From the NCBI GenBank assembly GCA_049510745.1, contig JBEKYR010000002.1, forward strand, positions 96,001 to 160,000: a DNA stretch of 64,000 nucleotides. The letters run 5' to 3'. Below are positions 37,341 through 47,073 of the stretch, in pieces. Position numbers and translations under genes: made by a program. This DNA comes from Verrucomicrobiota bacterium (GTDB lineage: Bacteria; Verrucomicrobiota; Verrucomicrobiia; Limisphaerales; Palsa-1400). Positions within the stretch are counted from its first letter, which is position 1, and every line of letters starts with the position of its first letter. The notes under the pieces were generated by a model that did no database searches, was not told where the DNA came from, and saw nothing but the letters and a program-made list of their open reading frames with translations.

Positions 37341-39350
37341 TTACAAATTGTTTGGGTCGTCACCATTTTTAGCTATTGCTTGCCAAAGACGCATGATGCC
37401 GATCTGGCAAAAGGCGGTCGATTCCGGATACATGTCCTGCTTCAAGAGATCTTGAAGTCCGTCCTTATTGACGTCGTCCGTCCAGTTATAGACGCCGCCA
37501 AGCTCGTTGAACAGGCGCACCTGCCAGGGATTGTTGCCACAGAGGTAACTTACCATGGCTTCGGCGCGATGACGGTAGCGGTCTTTGCCGGTCAGAGCAT
37601 ACAAATCCGCCAGCGCGTGAATCCAGTGCCCGGTCTGGTAATAGAAGAACCGCGGATGGTCTGTATCGGGCCAGATGTAAGTCATCCGGTCCGGGGCCAC
37701 ACGCAGCCCAAAATGCACCGGCGCACCGGCGCACTCCTGTGGATTGACCTTCGCCGCGAGCCAGGCATCGGCCACGCCGGCGGCCGCTTCGCGCCACCGC
37801 GCGGCGGCGGGTTCATCGGGCAGTATCTGTGCGCCTTCCGCCAAAGCCGCCACTGCCATGGCATCGACATTGGGATAAATCGACCACTGGCGCGAAGGTT
37901 TTTCAAGGTCAGCCAGCGCGTCCAGCGCCGTCACACAGGCCATCCGCAAAGTCATCGTTTGGGAGTCTTCAGAAAGTCGCAATTTCAGGTCTGGCGCCGC
38001 TTCGCACGCGGCCAACATCCCCAGCGCCAGATAGGCATGCTCGCCGGCGTCACGCCAATACACATGGCCTTGCCGGGTCCGTTTGACGTAGCCGCCCGCG
38101 GTTCCGTCATGCAGACAAAACTTCAGCGCCAGAGCCAGCGCCTGGCGCACTTGGGGCGAGAGCGGACTTTGTGGATCATGGCGCAGTGATTCGCCCAGCG
38201 CCCATACCGCGCGGCCGTTCAACACGCCGCCCAGTTCGTAGTCGCGAAATCCTGGGTTATAGAACCAGCCCTTGCCCTCGGTCATGAACTCGCCATTCTT
38301 GAACATGCCGTAGCGAAACGCGCCCGCCGTGTAGTTTTCGCGTTTTCCGCTCGAATCCGGCAGGGCGAAGTTACCCGCCTCGCGATGCTGCATTGCTAGG
38401 AGATTCCGCGTCGCCTCGCGGCAGAGGTTGGTCCGATGCGTTGCTTGCGGCTGCGAACTCTGCAGGCGCATCAGTTCCATGATGAGAATATCCGCGAAGT
38501 CATTCGCAAAGGCGTAAGGCAGATAGTTCGTCGTGGCTTCATTGGCGGGATTGCCGTCCAGCGGGTGATCGTTGCTGGCGTTGAACCAGGTATTCCAGAC
38601 CGACTGCCAGAAGGTGCGCGCCACGCGATGATTGAGCGGCTTTGACCAGTCGCGGTCGCGATAATCAAATTCATAGAGCGTAAGATTGTTCTTGAACCAT
38701 TTCAGGTCCGCCTCGTTCCCAAGATCAAACTGCGCGCGTCCGACGCCCACGATGTTTGCGGCCCGGCTCCGCAGGTAGAGATTTGCCAGGGCTTGGACCG
38801 CCGGCCACTGAGCGCAGGCTCCGTCCCGCCGGCCTTCACTGTCAAGCAAGTCGTCCGTGAAGCCCGAAGTCAAGACTGGCGCCGCCTCCTTGCCTCGATC
38901 GACGATCACCGCGACTTCGGCCTGGAAATGACCGGGGCGGTCCGCGTTGAAGTCGGAGTCCGTTGTGGCATCAATAAACAATTCTTCGGGAACCAGCTTG
39001 CCCGCGCCGGAGAAATCGTCGGGATAGTGACACGCAAACTTCCCGGCAACGCACGATGCTCTCGCTGTGGATGATGCTCCGAAGCTCGTCGTCACCCGCA
39101 CCCGCACGTCGCCATCGCAGGCCGTGCCGGAAATGCGGACGGGACCTGACCGCGCATCATGGAAGGCGGAAGGCGATACGGTATCGCGCAATGACCACGC
39201 TGCGCCAGTCGCCGGCTCCGCGGCGAACCCGGCCGCCATCGTCGCGGCAAACGCCAAGAGGACGAATGCATCTTTCTTCCCTCCAAAGACGGAAGCCGTC
39301 AGTTTGGCGGCATTGGCCGCAAGCGCCATTTGCCGGTGCTTCCCCTTCAT
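37341..39350 (-). CDS. Hypothetical exported protein, possible (alpha/alpha)6-barrel C-terminal domain
   Basis: Long ORF with signal-like segment and helical repeats such as 'ALADLYALTGKDRYRHRAE'; start uncertain. Confidence 0.65.
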   Translation of the reverse strand: MKGKHRQMALAANAAKLTASVFGGKKDAFVLLAFAATMAAGFAAEPATGAAWSLRDTVSPSAFHDARSGPVRISGTACDGDVRVRVTTSFGASSTARASCVAGKFACHYPDDFSGAGKLVPEELFIDATTDSDFNADRPGHFQAEVAVIVDRGKEAAPVLTSGFTDDLLDSEGRRDGACAQWPAVQALANLYLRSRAANIVGVGRAQFDLGNEADLKWFKNNLTLYEFDYRDRDWSKPLNHRVARTFWQSVWNTWFNASNDHPLDGNPANEATTNYLPYAFANDFADILIMELMRLQSSQPQATHRTNLCREATRNLLAMQHREAGNFALPDSSGKRENYTAGAFRYGMFKNGEFMTEGKGWFYNPGFRDYELGGVLNGRAVWALGESLRHDPQSPLSPQVRQALALALKFCLHDGTAGGYVKRTRQGHVYWRDAGEHAYLALGMLAACEAAPDLKLRLSEDSQTMTLRMACVTALDALADLEKPSRQWSIYPNVDAMAVAALAEGAQILPDEPAAARWREAAAGVADAWLAAKVNPQECAGAPVHFGLRVAPDRMTYIWPDTDHPRFFYYQTGHWIHALADLYALTGKDRYRHRAEAMVSYLCGNNPWQVRLFNELGGVYNWTDDVNKDGLQDLLKQDMYPESTAFCQIGIMRLWQAIAKNGDDPNNL

Positions 39351-39401
39351 ACTGATAACTTGCATTCGAGGGCTTTTTCACAACCGGTTGCACTCATCTG
39401 G

Positions 39402-39848
39402 CTACTCCTTGACCCGCTTGGCCTCCCAATGGAGCGGGTGCTCGAGCGTGGGGTCCTCGCCATTCAAATCTTCTTTGACGGTGCCTTCCTTGATCGTGTC
39501 GCCAGCGATCTTCCCGTGGAATTTCCTCACTGCCTTCACCTCGTTCCCCTGGATGCTCACCGTGAAGGAAATCTCGCCCGCCTCGAGCTTCACGTCTTCG
39601 AGGACCATTTCGATGTCTTGCTGGCCGCGGCGGCGAGTCAATGTGCCGGTCAACTTGTCTCCTTCCAGCTTGAGTTTGAGAGTGGGTTGATACGCCTGGG
39701 TCTTGCCATCGCGCGTGTAAGTCACCTTCCAAGTTCCAGCGGGGTTGACGGCCGGTTCGTTGCCTGCGGCGCCGGCGCCAAGGATGGAACTGACGACGGC
39801 AAGCGCCATCGCCAAGGTGGCCAAGCCGATAATGGGTCGTAATTTCAT
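39402..39848 (-). CDS. Hypothetical exported beta-rich protein
   Basis: Signal peptide; 'NPAGTWK...LKLEGDKLTG...WEAKR'. Confidence 0.75.
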   Translation of the reverse strand: MKLRPIIGLATLAMALAVVSSILGAGAAGNEPAVNPAGTWKVTYTRDGKTQAYQPTLKLKLEGDKLTGTLTRRRGQQDIEMVLEDVKLEAGEISFTVSIQGNEVKAVRKFHGKIAGDTIKEGTVKEDLNGEDPTLEHPLHWEAKRVKE

Positions 39849-39867
39849 GGATGATTTTCTTTCTTTG

Positions 39868-42021
39868 CTAGTGCGCCAGGCGCGAGGCCATGGCGTAGAT
39901 GATCAAAATGAGCAGGATCACGCCGACGCCGAAAAAGAGGTAGCCAAAGGAGCGGGCGATGGCTTTCCAGCGTTCCCATTCGTCCTTGATGCGCAATTCC
40001 TCCAGCCGCCCGCCGCCCAGCAGACGCTCATACCAGCGCCGCCGCTCGTGCAGCAGTTCGGTCTTGGAGATGCGGCCGGAAAAGATGACGGTGTCCATGG
40101 GAAATTTCTCCAGCCGAAAATGGGTGTTGAAGAAGTGAATCGTAAAGATGAAACCCGCCGCCAAAAGGGCTTCGTCGGAATGAACGATCAGCGCGACGTT
40201 TATCATCCAGCCCGGCATGAAATGCGAAAAGAACTGCGGAAACCACATGACCAGCCCCGACATGCCAATGGCAAAAACGCCCCAGAACACCGCGAAATAA
40301 TCGAACTTTTCCCAGTAGGTCCACCGGTCGAACTGCGGCTTCGGCCCTTTGCCGAAAAACCATTTCTGGTGCGCCACGAAATCCTTCGCGTCCTGCCACG
40401 TCGGGATCATCGAGTCGGGGCCGAACAGCACCTCATTCAGGCGCGTCCATTTGGAGCGCCAGGTGCCGCCGCGGAAGCGGCCGCGCGTCTGCCAGGCCTT
40501 GAGCAGCAGCTTGGCCAGGTGCAGCCCGAAATAGAGAAAGGTGACGAGCGCCCCGAAATGATGGAGGGTGCGGGCCACTTCGGCCCCGCCCAGCACGCCG
40601 AAGATCGCCTTGGCCCAGTCCGTATAGTAGAATTTGAGCGGCATGCCGGTAATGACCAACAGCAGGAAGCTGGTCACGACCAGGAAATGCAGGAATCGTT
40701 CAAAGGGCGGAAAGCGCGTGTACCAATCGTCGCCCTGCTGCGCTTCCACCTTGGCTTCGCGGAAGGTCTTCGAGTCGTGCAGATAGAGGTAGCCGGAGCG
40801 AAACAGCCACAAGAGGGTGTGCGCGCCAAAAAAGGCAAAAACCCCGATCAGCAGCGCGGTCATGGCGACAAACGTCCAATGCAACTGCGGATAATGCTTG
40901 GCGTCCATCGGATCGGCGTGCGGAACGTACTCGGCGAAACTGGCCGTGGCGCCGGGATGACATTTCTGACACGTTCCCACGATGTTGGCCTTGGAAAGAT
41001 GCGAGGCCGGATTGGACGGCGGCAGCACGTCGTGGTGGCCGTGGCAGTCGTAACAGGCGGCCACGTCGGAGGCGACATTCGGCCGGCCCAAAGCCATCGC
41101 CTTGCCATGATAGGTGTCGCGGTAATGGGCCAGGCGGTCCTGGTGACAGCGTCCGCAACGTTCATCGCTGCGCGCCTTGAAGTGGTTGCCGCCGGGGGAC
41201 TCGATTTGATGCGCCGAGTGGCAGTCGGTGCAGACCGGGCCGGACTGGTCGCCTTTGGCCAGTATCTGGCCGTGAATGCTGGCGTTGTAGGTTTTCTCGA
41301 TGCCCAGATGGCAGGCCCCGCAGGTCGCCGCCACGTTGGCGTGATTGACCGACGAACTGCGGTCCACGCTTCGCTTGATGTCGTGAACCCCGTGGCAGTC
41401 ATTGCAGGACGGCGCCAGGATCAACCCCATTTGCAGCAGCGCCCGCCCGTGAATGCTCTCCGAATACTGCGACGCCACTTGCGGAAATTTCATGCGGTAC
41501 TCGGCGGTGATTCCGCTGTTGCTGTGGCATTTGGCGCAGGTCCGCGGCAGGTTGAGTTTGAAGACGGGCGAGTCGGCGTGTTTGACCGGCTGCATCTCGT
41601 GCGAACCGTGGCAATCGACGCACGAGGCGGCCGCCGACGCGCCCATGGCCTTGCTCATGCCGTGAATGCTGCCGGCGTAGAGCTTGGCCTCCGCCTGGTG
41701 GCAGGAGGCGCATTGCGCCGGGGGCAGCCCGCTGGGATGCACCATCTCTTTGATGCTGTCGTGGCAATCGGTGCAGTTGAGTTTGGCGTGGACTGATTTC
41801 GGAAACGTGTTCGTCGGAAACAGCTCCATCGGCACAATCTGTCCCTGAACCTTGCGCGTCGTCGTCGGGTCCGTGTGGCAGTCCAGACAATCCTGGTTGG
41901 ACAGCGGCGCAGCCGTCAGCGGAGCGGCCAGCGACAGCCAGAAAACGAGGGCGAAACTGTAAAGAGCGGACCTTTTACATTCCGCCGTTATGACAGTCGG
42001 TGCATTGATATGCGGGATCAT
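39868..42021 (-). CDS. CbcL-like 11-heme cytochrome c fused to a cytochrome b (FdnI-like) membrane domain
   Basis: 11 CxxCH counted; TM domain 'ERFLHFLVVTSF', 'WTYWEKFDYFAVFWG', 'HSDEALLA'; start uncertain because it overlaps the upstream gene. Confidence 0.88.
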   Translation of the reverse strand: MIPHINAPTVITAECKRSALYSFALVFWLSLAAPLTAAPLSNQDCLDCHTDPTTTRKVQGQIVPMELFPTNTFPKSVHAKLNCTDCHDSIKEMVHPSGLPPAQCASCHQAEAKLYAGSIHGMSKAMGASAAASCVDCHGSHEMQPVKHADSPVFKLNLPRTCAKCHSNSGITAEYRMKFPQVASQYSESIHGRALLQMGLILAPSCNDCHGVHDIKRSVDRSSSVNHANVAATCGACHLGIEKTYNASIHGQILAKGDQSGPVCTDCHSAHQIESPGGNHFKARSDERCGRCHQDRLAHYRDTYHGKAMALGRPNVASDVAACYDCHGHHDVLPPSNPASHLSKANIVGTCQKCHPGATASFAEYVPHADPMDAKHYPQLHWTFVAMTALLIGVFAFFGAHTLLWLFRSGYLYLHDSKTFREAKVEAQQGDDWYTRFPPFERFLHFLVVTSFLLLVITGMPLKFYYTDWAKAIFGVLGGAEVARTLHHFGALVTFLYFGLHLAKLLLKAWQTRGRFRGGTWRSKWTRLNEVLFGPDSMIPTWQDAKDFVAHQKWFFGKGPKPQFDRWTYWEKFDYFAVFWGVFAIGMSGLVMWFPQFFSHFMPGWMINVALIVHSDEALLAAGFIFTIHFFNTHFRLEKFPMDTVIFSGRISKTELLHERRRWYERLLGGGRLEELRIKDEWERWKAIARSFGYLFFGVGVILLILIIYAMASRLAH

Positions 42022-43459
42022 ATTCGTCCAACGGATGGGCAAACTTCAGGCCTTGCGGGCTGAGTTGGTTGATCTGCTCGCCGCTGCCTTGGGCCAAAAT
42101 CAAATGGCAGGCGTTGCAGTCGTTGGCTTTTATCGTCCTCTTCCCAACGGTCGAGACATGTTTGCCGTCATGGCATCGGAAACAGCCCGGCCAATCCTTG
42201 TGGCCGATATTGTCCGGGTAGGCCCGCCAATCGGCCTTCATCTCGGGGAAGAAATTATCCCTGTAAATCTGCTGCACGGTGTCGATGGCCGGCCGGATGC
42301 GCGGGTCCTGCGGGTAGTTGTCGGCCAGCGTGGTGGCGATGGTTTGCAGGGCGCTGGTCTCATCCTTGTAAGCGCGGCACAAGACTCCCACCGCGTTGGT
42401 CTTGATGTAGGGCAGGGCGGTGGAGATTTGACCCAGGGACATGGCCAGATTGACGGCGCTTTCCGGCGCCTGGAGCTTGTGGGCCGGGCGATTATGGCAA
42501 TCCATGCAGTCCATCGTTCGCTTGGCAAGCTGGCTGGCGTCATTGGTAAACCCCGCCGCGCGGAACTCCGTCACCACCCCCTGCGGGTCGGTCATGCGCA
42601 CCCACGGGATTTTTTGGCGCGCCTCGTCGGTGGCGATGTATTCAATCTTGTTGGCCACGTTCATGTGCCAATGGATGCCGCCGACCGGCCCGTGCGTGGG
42701 ATCGCCGCCGCCCACTTTGAGCAACAAACGAATGGCGTAAAGCGTGTTGGTCTGGTCCGGCAGATAGTAGGAGAGGGTGCGGTCAAGGTTGCCGACAAAT
42801 TTCTTCGGCCAATGGCATTGCTCGCACGTTTCCTGGGCCGGCCGCAGATTCTTGACAGGCGTGGGAATGGGCGTGGGATATTTGTGGGCCAGGGTCGCAT
42901 ACACCTGGTAGGTGCCGGACAATTTGGAGCGCACATACCACTCGGCGCCCTTGCCGATGTGGCATTCGGCGCAGGCGACCCGCGCGTGCGGGGAATGCCG
43001 GTAGCTTGTCAACTCCGGTTTCATCACCGTGTGGCACGCTTCTCCGCAAAACTCGACCGATTCCGTAAAGTGATACGTGTGGTAACTCCCCATCGCGGTC
43101 AGCAGAAGGAACCCGGCGGTGGCCGGGATGAAAAAGGCCAGCAGGCGCCGGTCATGCGCGCGCGCGAAATCAATGTTGATGTACAAAGACGGGGCGGCGC
43201 CGTTGGCTTTGGCCAACCGGCGGCGCCACCGCCAGGCGCCAAAGAGGAAGATGGCCAATCCCGCCGCCAGAAACGCCGGCGCCACCAGGAAGGTCAGAAT
43301 TCCCACGTACGGGTTCGCCGAATAGACGACCGCATCGAGGAAAAACAGCAGCAGAAACGCAAAAACACTCGAAGCCATCAGCACCAGCCCCGCCAGGGAA
43401 ACCCAGTTGCGAAAGAGCGAGGGCGGGCGAACCGATCCCGTTGGGGCAGGGGTGCTCAT
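41975..43459 (-). CDS. ImcH-like NapC/NirT-family inner-membrane 7-heme cytochrome c
   Basis: 3 N-terminal TMs, CGEACH plus 6 CxxCH, 'LRPAQETCEQCHWP', 'CMDCHNRPAH'. Confidence 0.88.
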   Translation of the reverse strand: MSTPAPTGSVRPPSLFRNWVSLAGLVLMASSVFAFLLLFFLDAVVYSANPYVGILTFLVAPAFLAAGLAIFLFGAWRWRRRLAKANGAAPSLYINIDFARAHDRRLLAFFIPATAGFLLLTAMGSYHTYHFTESVEFCGEACHTVMKPELTSYRHSPHARVACAECHIGKGAEWYVRSKLSGTYQVYATLAHKYPTPIPTPVKNLRPAQETCEQCHWPKKFVGNLDRTLSYYLPDQTNTLYAIRLLLKVGGGDPTHGPVGGIHWHMNVANKIEYIATDEARQKIPWVRMTDPQGVVTEFRAAGFTNDASQLAKRTMDCMDCHNRPAHKLQAPESAVNLAMSLGQISTALPYIKTNAVGVLCRAYKDETSALQTIATTLADNYPQDPRIRPAIDTVQQIYRDNFFPEMKADWRAYPDNIGHKDWPGCFRCHDGKHVSTVGKRTIKANDCNACHLILAQGSGEQINQLSPQGLKFAHPLDEYDPAYQCTDCHNGGM

Positions 43460-43530
43460 AAGCGGGCGCTGGAGGGTTGGAGCAACCCTTTCCGCCACTG
43501 CTCCAACGCCTCACGACGCCGTCGGCGTCT

Positions 43531-43857
43531 TTATTTCTTGAAGGTTCGGATATAGGCGACAAGCCCCTTGATCTGGTCGTCGGTCAAGCCTTCCGCGGGC
43601 TTCATGAGGGTTTTGTCGTCTTTTTTGAGTCCTTCCTTGATGGCTTTGACGGCGTCGTCGTCTTTCAACGCGTCCTGGACTTTGGGATCCGTGTAATCCT
43701 TTGCGCCCAGTTTCTGGCCCATTTTGGTCTGGCCCTTGCCGTCTGCACCGTGGCACTTGACGCACTCCTTCTCGTAGAGCGCCTTGCCGTCCTCCGCTTG
43801 CGCGGCCCACGCCGCCAGGACGGAGATGACTGCTGCAACTATGATGCTTTTCTTCAT
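43531..43857 (-). CDS. Monoheme cytochrome c
   Basis: Signal peptide, CVKCH, distal Met 'LMKP'. Confidence 0.92.
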   Translation of the reverse strand: MKKSIIVAAVISVLAAWAAQAEDGKALYEKECVKCHGADGKGQTKMGQKLGAKDYTDPKVQDALKDDDAVKAIKEGLKKDDKTLMKPAEGLTDDQIKGLVAYIRTFKK

Positions 43858-43942
43858 GTTTCCTTTGGGCGTTCGTGCTTGCACGCCGTCTTCCCGGCGG
43901 CGAACGCCAGTCCGCCGGAAAATCGTTCCCGCCAAACCTCTC

Positions 43943-45202
43943 TCAAATGCGCGCCTCCGGCGGATTGGGATGGCGCACAGCGCCCGGGACCACGTTCTCG
44001 ATCGTCGGCAGGTCCAGGGCCAAAAAATACTTGACCAGCACCGTCAAAATCACGAAGGGCAGCGCCAGCAGCGCCAGGGAGAGAAGCCAGCCTTCCGAGC
44101 CGGCAAACTCCATCTTGTAGCTCATGAAACCGCGCAGGCTCTTGGAAAAAAGCTGGCCGCCAATCACCACGTTCCAGCGCATCGCCAGCACCCCCATCAG
44201 GATCAGCGCCGCGCAGGAGAAATAAACCCGGCGGCGGTTCAACTCCGCCACCTTCCGGCGGACCAGTTGCATCGATCCCAGCAAGAAGAGCGGCACCAGC
44301 GTGCCCAGGCAGGCCTGCCCGATCAGCAGCGTGTAAAACAACTTGCTCGCCGCCAGCGACCGCAGCACATCGATCCCCTCCTCGGCCGAATAAAGGCGGT
44401 GCAGCCAGTCCAGTCCTTCGATGGTGGCGTCGATCACCAGCGCATAAAACAGAAAGCTCGTCATCAAGTCCAGGCACCGCATGTCGGCCGTGATCCGGCG
44501 CGCCCAGCACAAAAACATGTAAACGAACACGCACAGCGCCATGCCCGACACCACCGCTGAGAGAATGAAAATGATCGGCATGAGCACGTTGCCCCACCAG
44601 GGATTGGCCTTGATCGAGCCGAAAATGAATCCGACATACCCGTGCAACAGAAACGCCGACGGAATGCCGACGACGGAAATGATCCGCCCCATGCGGTCGT
44701 CCAAACGCAGGGCCGGCTCGGAAAGGTCCGTCACGCCCAGGGTGAACGCCCGGTAGATGATGCCCCTCAAGCCGCTCTGGGTGTTGGCCCACTCCACAAA
44801 ATCCCGCCGGTAATCGAACCAGAGTTCCAACAGGAGCACGGCCATCAGGTACCAGGCATAGACAAAACCGAACATGGCCATGGGCGAACTGAAGTGCGGC
44901 GTCATCATGATCTCATAGCAACGCTCGGGATGGCCCAGGTGAAAAAGCAGCGGCAGCGTCGCGCACAGCAAAAACGCGAGCGCTGTCAACAATGCCAGCC
45001 GGTAAACCGGCTCCAGCGCCCTGACTTTGAAGACCCGCACCAGCGAGGCCATTATGAAAGCTCCCGCCACCAATCCGGTGATGTAGGGATAGACGACGAT
45101 CAGCACGCTCCACAGCGGATGCAGCGTCCGTTCGTTGGGATAGACGTAGCCCTCGAATTGCGGCAGCGCGTCCACCACGTTGGTCAAAATGGCGGCGTTC
45201 AT
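43943..45202 (-). CDS. NrfD/PsrC-family membrane subunit
   Basis: WSVLIVVYPYITGLVAGA, HLGHPER, SPMAMFG, about 10 TMs. Confidence 0.92.
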   Translation of the reverse strand: MNAAILTNVVDALPQFEGYVYPNERTLHPLWSVLIVVYPYITGLVAGAFIMASLVRVFKVRALEPVYRLALLTALAFLLCATLPLLFHLGHPERCYEIMMTPHFSSPMAMFGFVYAWYLMAVLLLELWFDYRRDFVEWANTQSGLRGIIYRAFTLGVTDLSEPALRLDDRMGRIISVVGIPSAFLLHGYVGFIFGSIKANPWWGNVLMPIIFILSAVVSGMALCVFVYMFLCWARRITADMRCLDLMTSFLFYALVIDATIEGLDWLHRLYSAEEGIDVLRSLAASKLFYTLLIGQACLGTLVPLFLLGSMQLVRRKVAELNRRRVYFSCAALILMGVLAMRWNVVIGGQLFSKSLRGFMSYKMEFAGSEGWLLSLALLALPFVILTVLVKYFLALDLPTIENVVPGAVRHPNPPEARI

Positions 45203-46008
45203 TATCGAACCTCCTCATCCAGGCCCGCGTAGGCCACGCGCGGTCCGGTGCCCAGATTGCGTTTCAGGCCCTCCACCTTGTTGTTGGAGATGAACCGTTG
45301 CAGCGGGTCGTCCGCCACGGGGTTTTTCAAATCGCCGAATATCCGGGCCTGCGAGGGGCAAATCTCCACGCACGCGGGCTTGAGTCCTTTCGTGATCCGG
45401 TGGTAGCACAGGGTACACTTGTCGGCGGTGTGCGTTTCCGGATTCAGAAACCGGCATCCGTACGGGCAGGCCTGCACGCAGAAACCGCACCCGATGCAAT
45501 AATTCTTGTCCACCAGCACCACGCCGTCCGGGGATTGGAAGGTGGCGCCGACCGGGCAGACCTGCGAGCAGGGCGACTTCTCGCAGAGGTTGCAGAGTTT
45601 GGGGACAAAGAACGATTTAAGAATGTCCTCCTTGGGAACGAGCGACACCGGGAAGCCCTCCTTCCCGCCGTCCGGCGAGTCCACGATGGTTTCGCCGCGG
45701 GTCTCGCCCGATCCCGGCTTGGGCTTGGTAATGACGTAGCGCTCGATCCAGGTGCGGAAATGGGAATCCGGGACGCTGTTCTCCTCCCGGCACGCTTCGA
45801 CGCACAGGCCGCATCCGATGCACCGGTCCACGTCCAGCGCCATCAGCCATTTGTGTTGGAACGGATCGTAGCCGGCGGGGGCGTGCGCGGAAACCAAGCC
45901 GTGCCGCACGGCCGCTTTGCAGGTGCGCCCGGCCGACAGGGTCAGAATGCCTCCGACAATTCCAGCCAGATTCTTCAAAACGCTGCGGCGGGTGATATTC
46001 TCGCTCAT
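45202..46008 (-). CDS. Tat-exported 4Fe-4S dicluster protein (NrfC-like)
   Basis: ITRRSVLK; CIGCGLCVEAC, CNLCEKSPCSQVCP, CIGCGFCVQACPY, KCTLC..CVEICP. Confidence 0.93.
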   Translation of the reverse strand: MSENITRRSVLKNLAGIVGGILTLSAGRTCKAAVRHGLVSAHAPAGYDPFQHKWLMALDVDRCIGCGLCVEACREENSVPDSHFRTWIERYVITKPKPGSGETRGETIVDSPDGGKEGFPVSLVPKEDILKSFFVPKLCNLCEKSPCSQVCPVGATFQSPDGVVLVDKNYCIGCGFCVQACPYGCRFLNPETHTADKCTLCYHRITKGLKPACVEICPSQARIFGDLKNPVADDPLQRFISNNKVEGLKRNLGTGPRVAYAGLDEEVR

Positions 46009-46463
46009 GGAACCTCGTTGGGTTGGTGCGGAACATGGCACTCGGTGCAAACACTTCCGTTGTAATGGTTGTGGATGTTGATTTGGTGGAGCCATTTCGG
46101 CCGCGACGGGCTGGCCTGATGGCACCGCACGCACAAACTCATGTTGAGCTTGGGCAGTTTGTCGGCCGGATTCTCCACGTGCGCCCGGCCGGGGCCGTGG
46201 CAGGTTTCGCAGGACAACCCCTTGTGTTCCCCTTTGGCCAGCTTTTGCGCGTGGTCGGTATGGCATTCCACGCACGCCGCCTTTCCGGCCCAAAAGGGTT
46301 GCCGCGACGCGATCTCCTGCAACGCGGCTCCCCTGTAATGGCCGTATTGCCCAAAGGATAGCGGCGTCAGGAAGTAGCGCGCCGTGAAATAGGCGCACAC
46401 GATCCCGATCGTCAGCAGCACGAGCCGGATGATTTGCGGCGGCATTTTGAACAATCGCAACAT
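46005..46463 (-). CDS. Membrane-anchored tetraheme cytochrome c
   Basis: N-terminal TM; CVECH, CETCH, CVRCH, CTECH. Confidence 0.9.
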   Translation of the reverse strand: MLRLFKMPPQIIRLVLLTIGIVCAYFTARYFLTPLSFGQYGHYRGAALQEIASRQPFWAGKAACVECHTDHAQKLAKGEHKGLSCETCHGPGRAHVENPADKLPKLNMSLCVRCHQASPSRPKWLHQINIHNHYNGSVCTECHVPHQPNEVP

Positions 46464-46570
46464 CGTGTCCGTTCTAAACTTCGCCGCGGTTTCCGGCGGC
46501 CTTTGCTCTCTGATTGATTTTCACATCCAAATCATCGCAACGCCAAGCAGATTCGGCTTCGCGGGAATTG

Positions 46571-47062
46571 TCATTTAAACGACATTTTTTGGGGAGTTGA
46601 TCCCTCAACCCCGCGCGAAACAGCCTGCCCTTCAAGCAAATCGGCCATTTCGCAAAGGCCCCGGTAATACTCTTCCCGGGGGATTCCCAGCGCCGCCGCG
46701 CCAAAGGCCTCCGCGTCATCGGACGACGCGAACTCCCCATAGTTGACAACAACCAACTGATAGAGCGCCAGGTGCGCCACCCGGTCCATCTCCGTCATGA
46801 AGAGCGGATGGACGTGAATGACAAATCCGTCTTCCGGCCGGCCGCCGTTTGGCTTCGGATAGGCGCACTCTCCCTTCTGGAGCGGGGCGGGGTCAAATAC
46901 GATCTGGCAGGGGTATCGGACACAGGCGCGGTCTTCGAGGATGCGCAATAGTTCGTTCCAGCCAATGCGCGGCCCGTACTTTTCAAAGATCTCGGCGCCC
47001 CTGGCGGCCGCGTGCCCGCTCAAGGATTGCCTGGCATCATCGGCTGTTAGTCTTTTTGACAT
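46571..47062 (-). CDS. Hypothetical protein
   Basis: ATG 47062 lies just downstream of the NrfD stop, co-oriented, protein-like composition. Confidence 0.65.
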   Translation of the reverse strand: MSKRLTADDARQSLSGHAAARGAEIFEKYGPRIGWNELLRILEDRACVRYPCQIVFDPAPLQKGECAYPKPNGGRPEDGFVIHVHPLFMTEMDRVAHLALYQLVVVNYGEFASSDDAEAFGAAALGIPREEYYRGLCEMADLLEGQAVSRGVEGSTPQKMSFK

Positions 47063-47073
47063 GGGCGCGGCGG

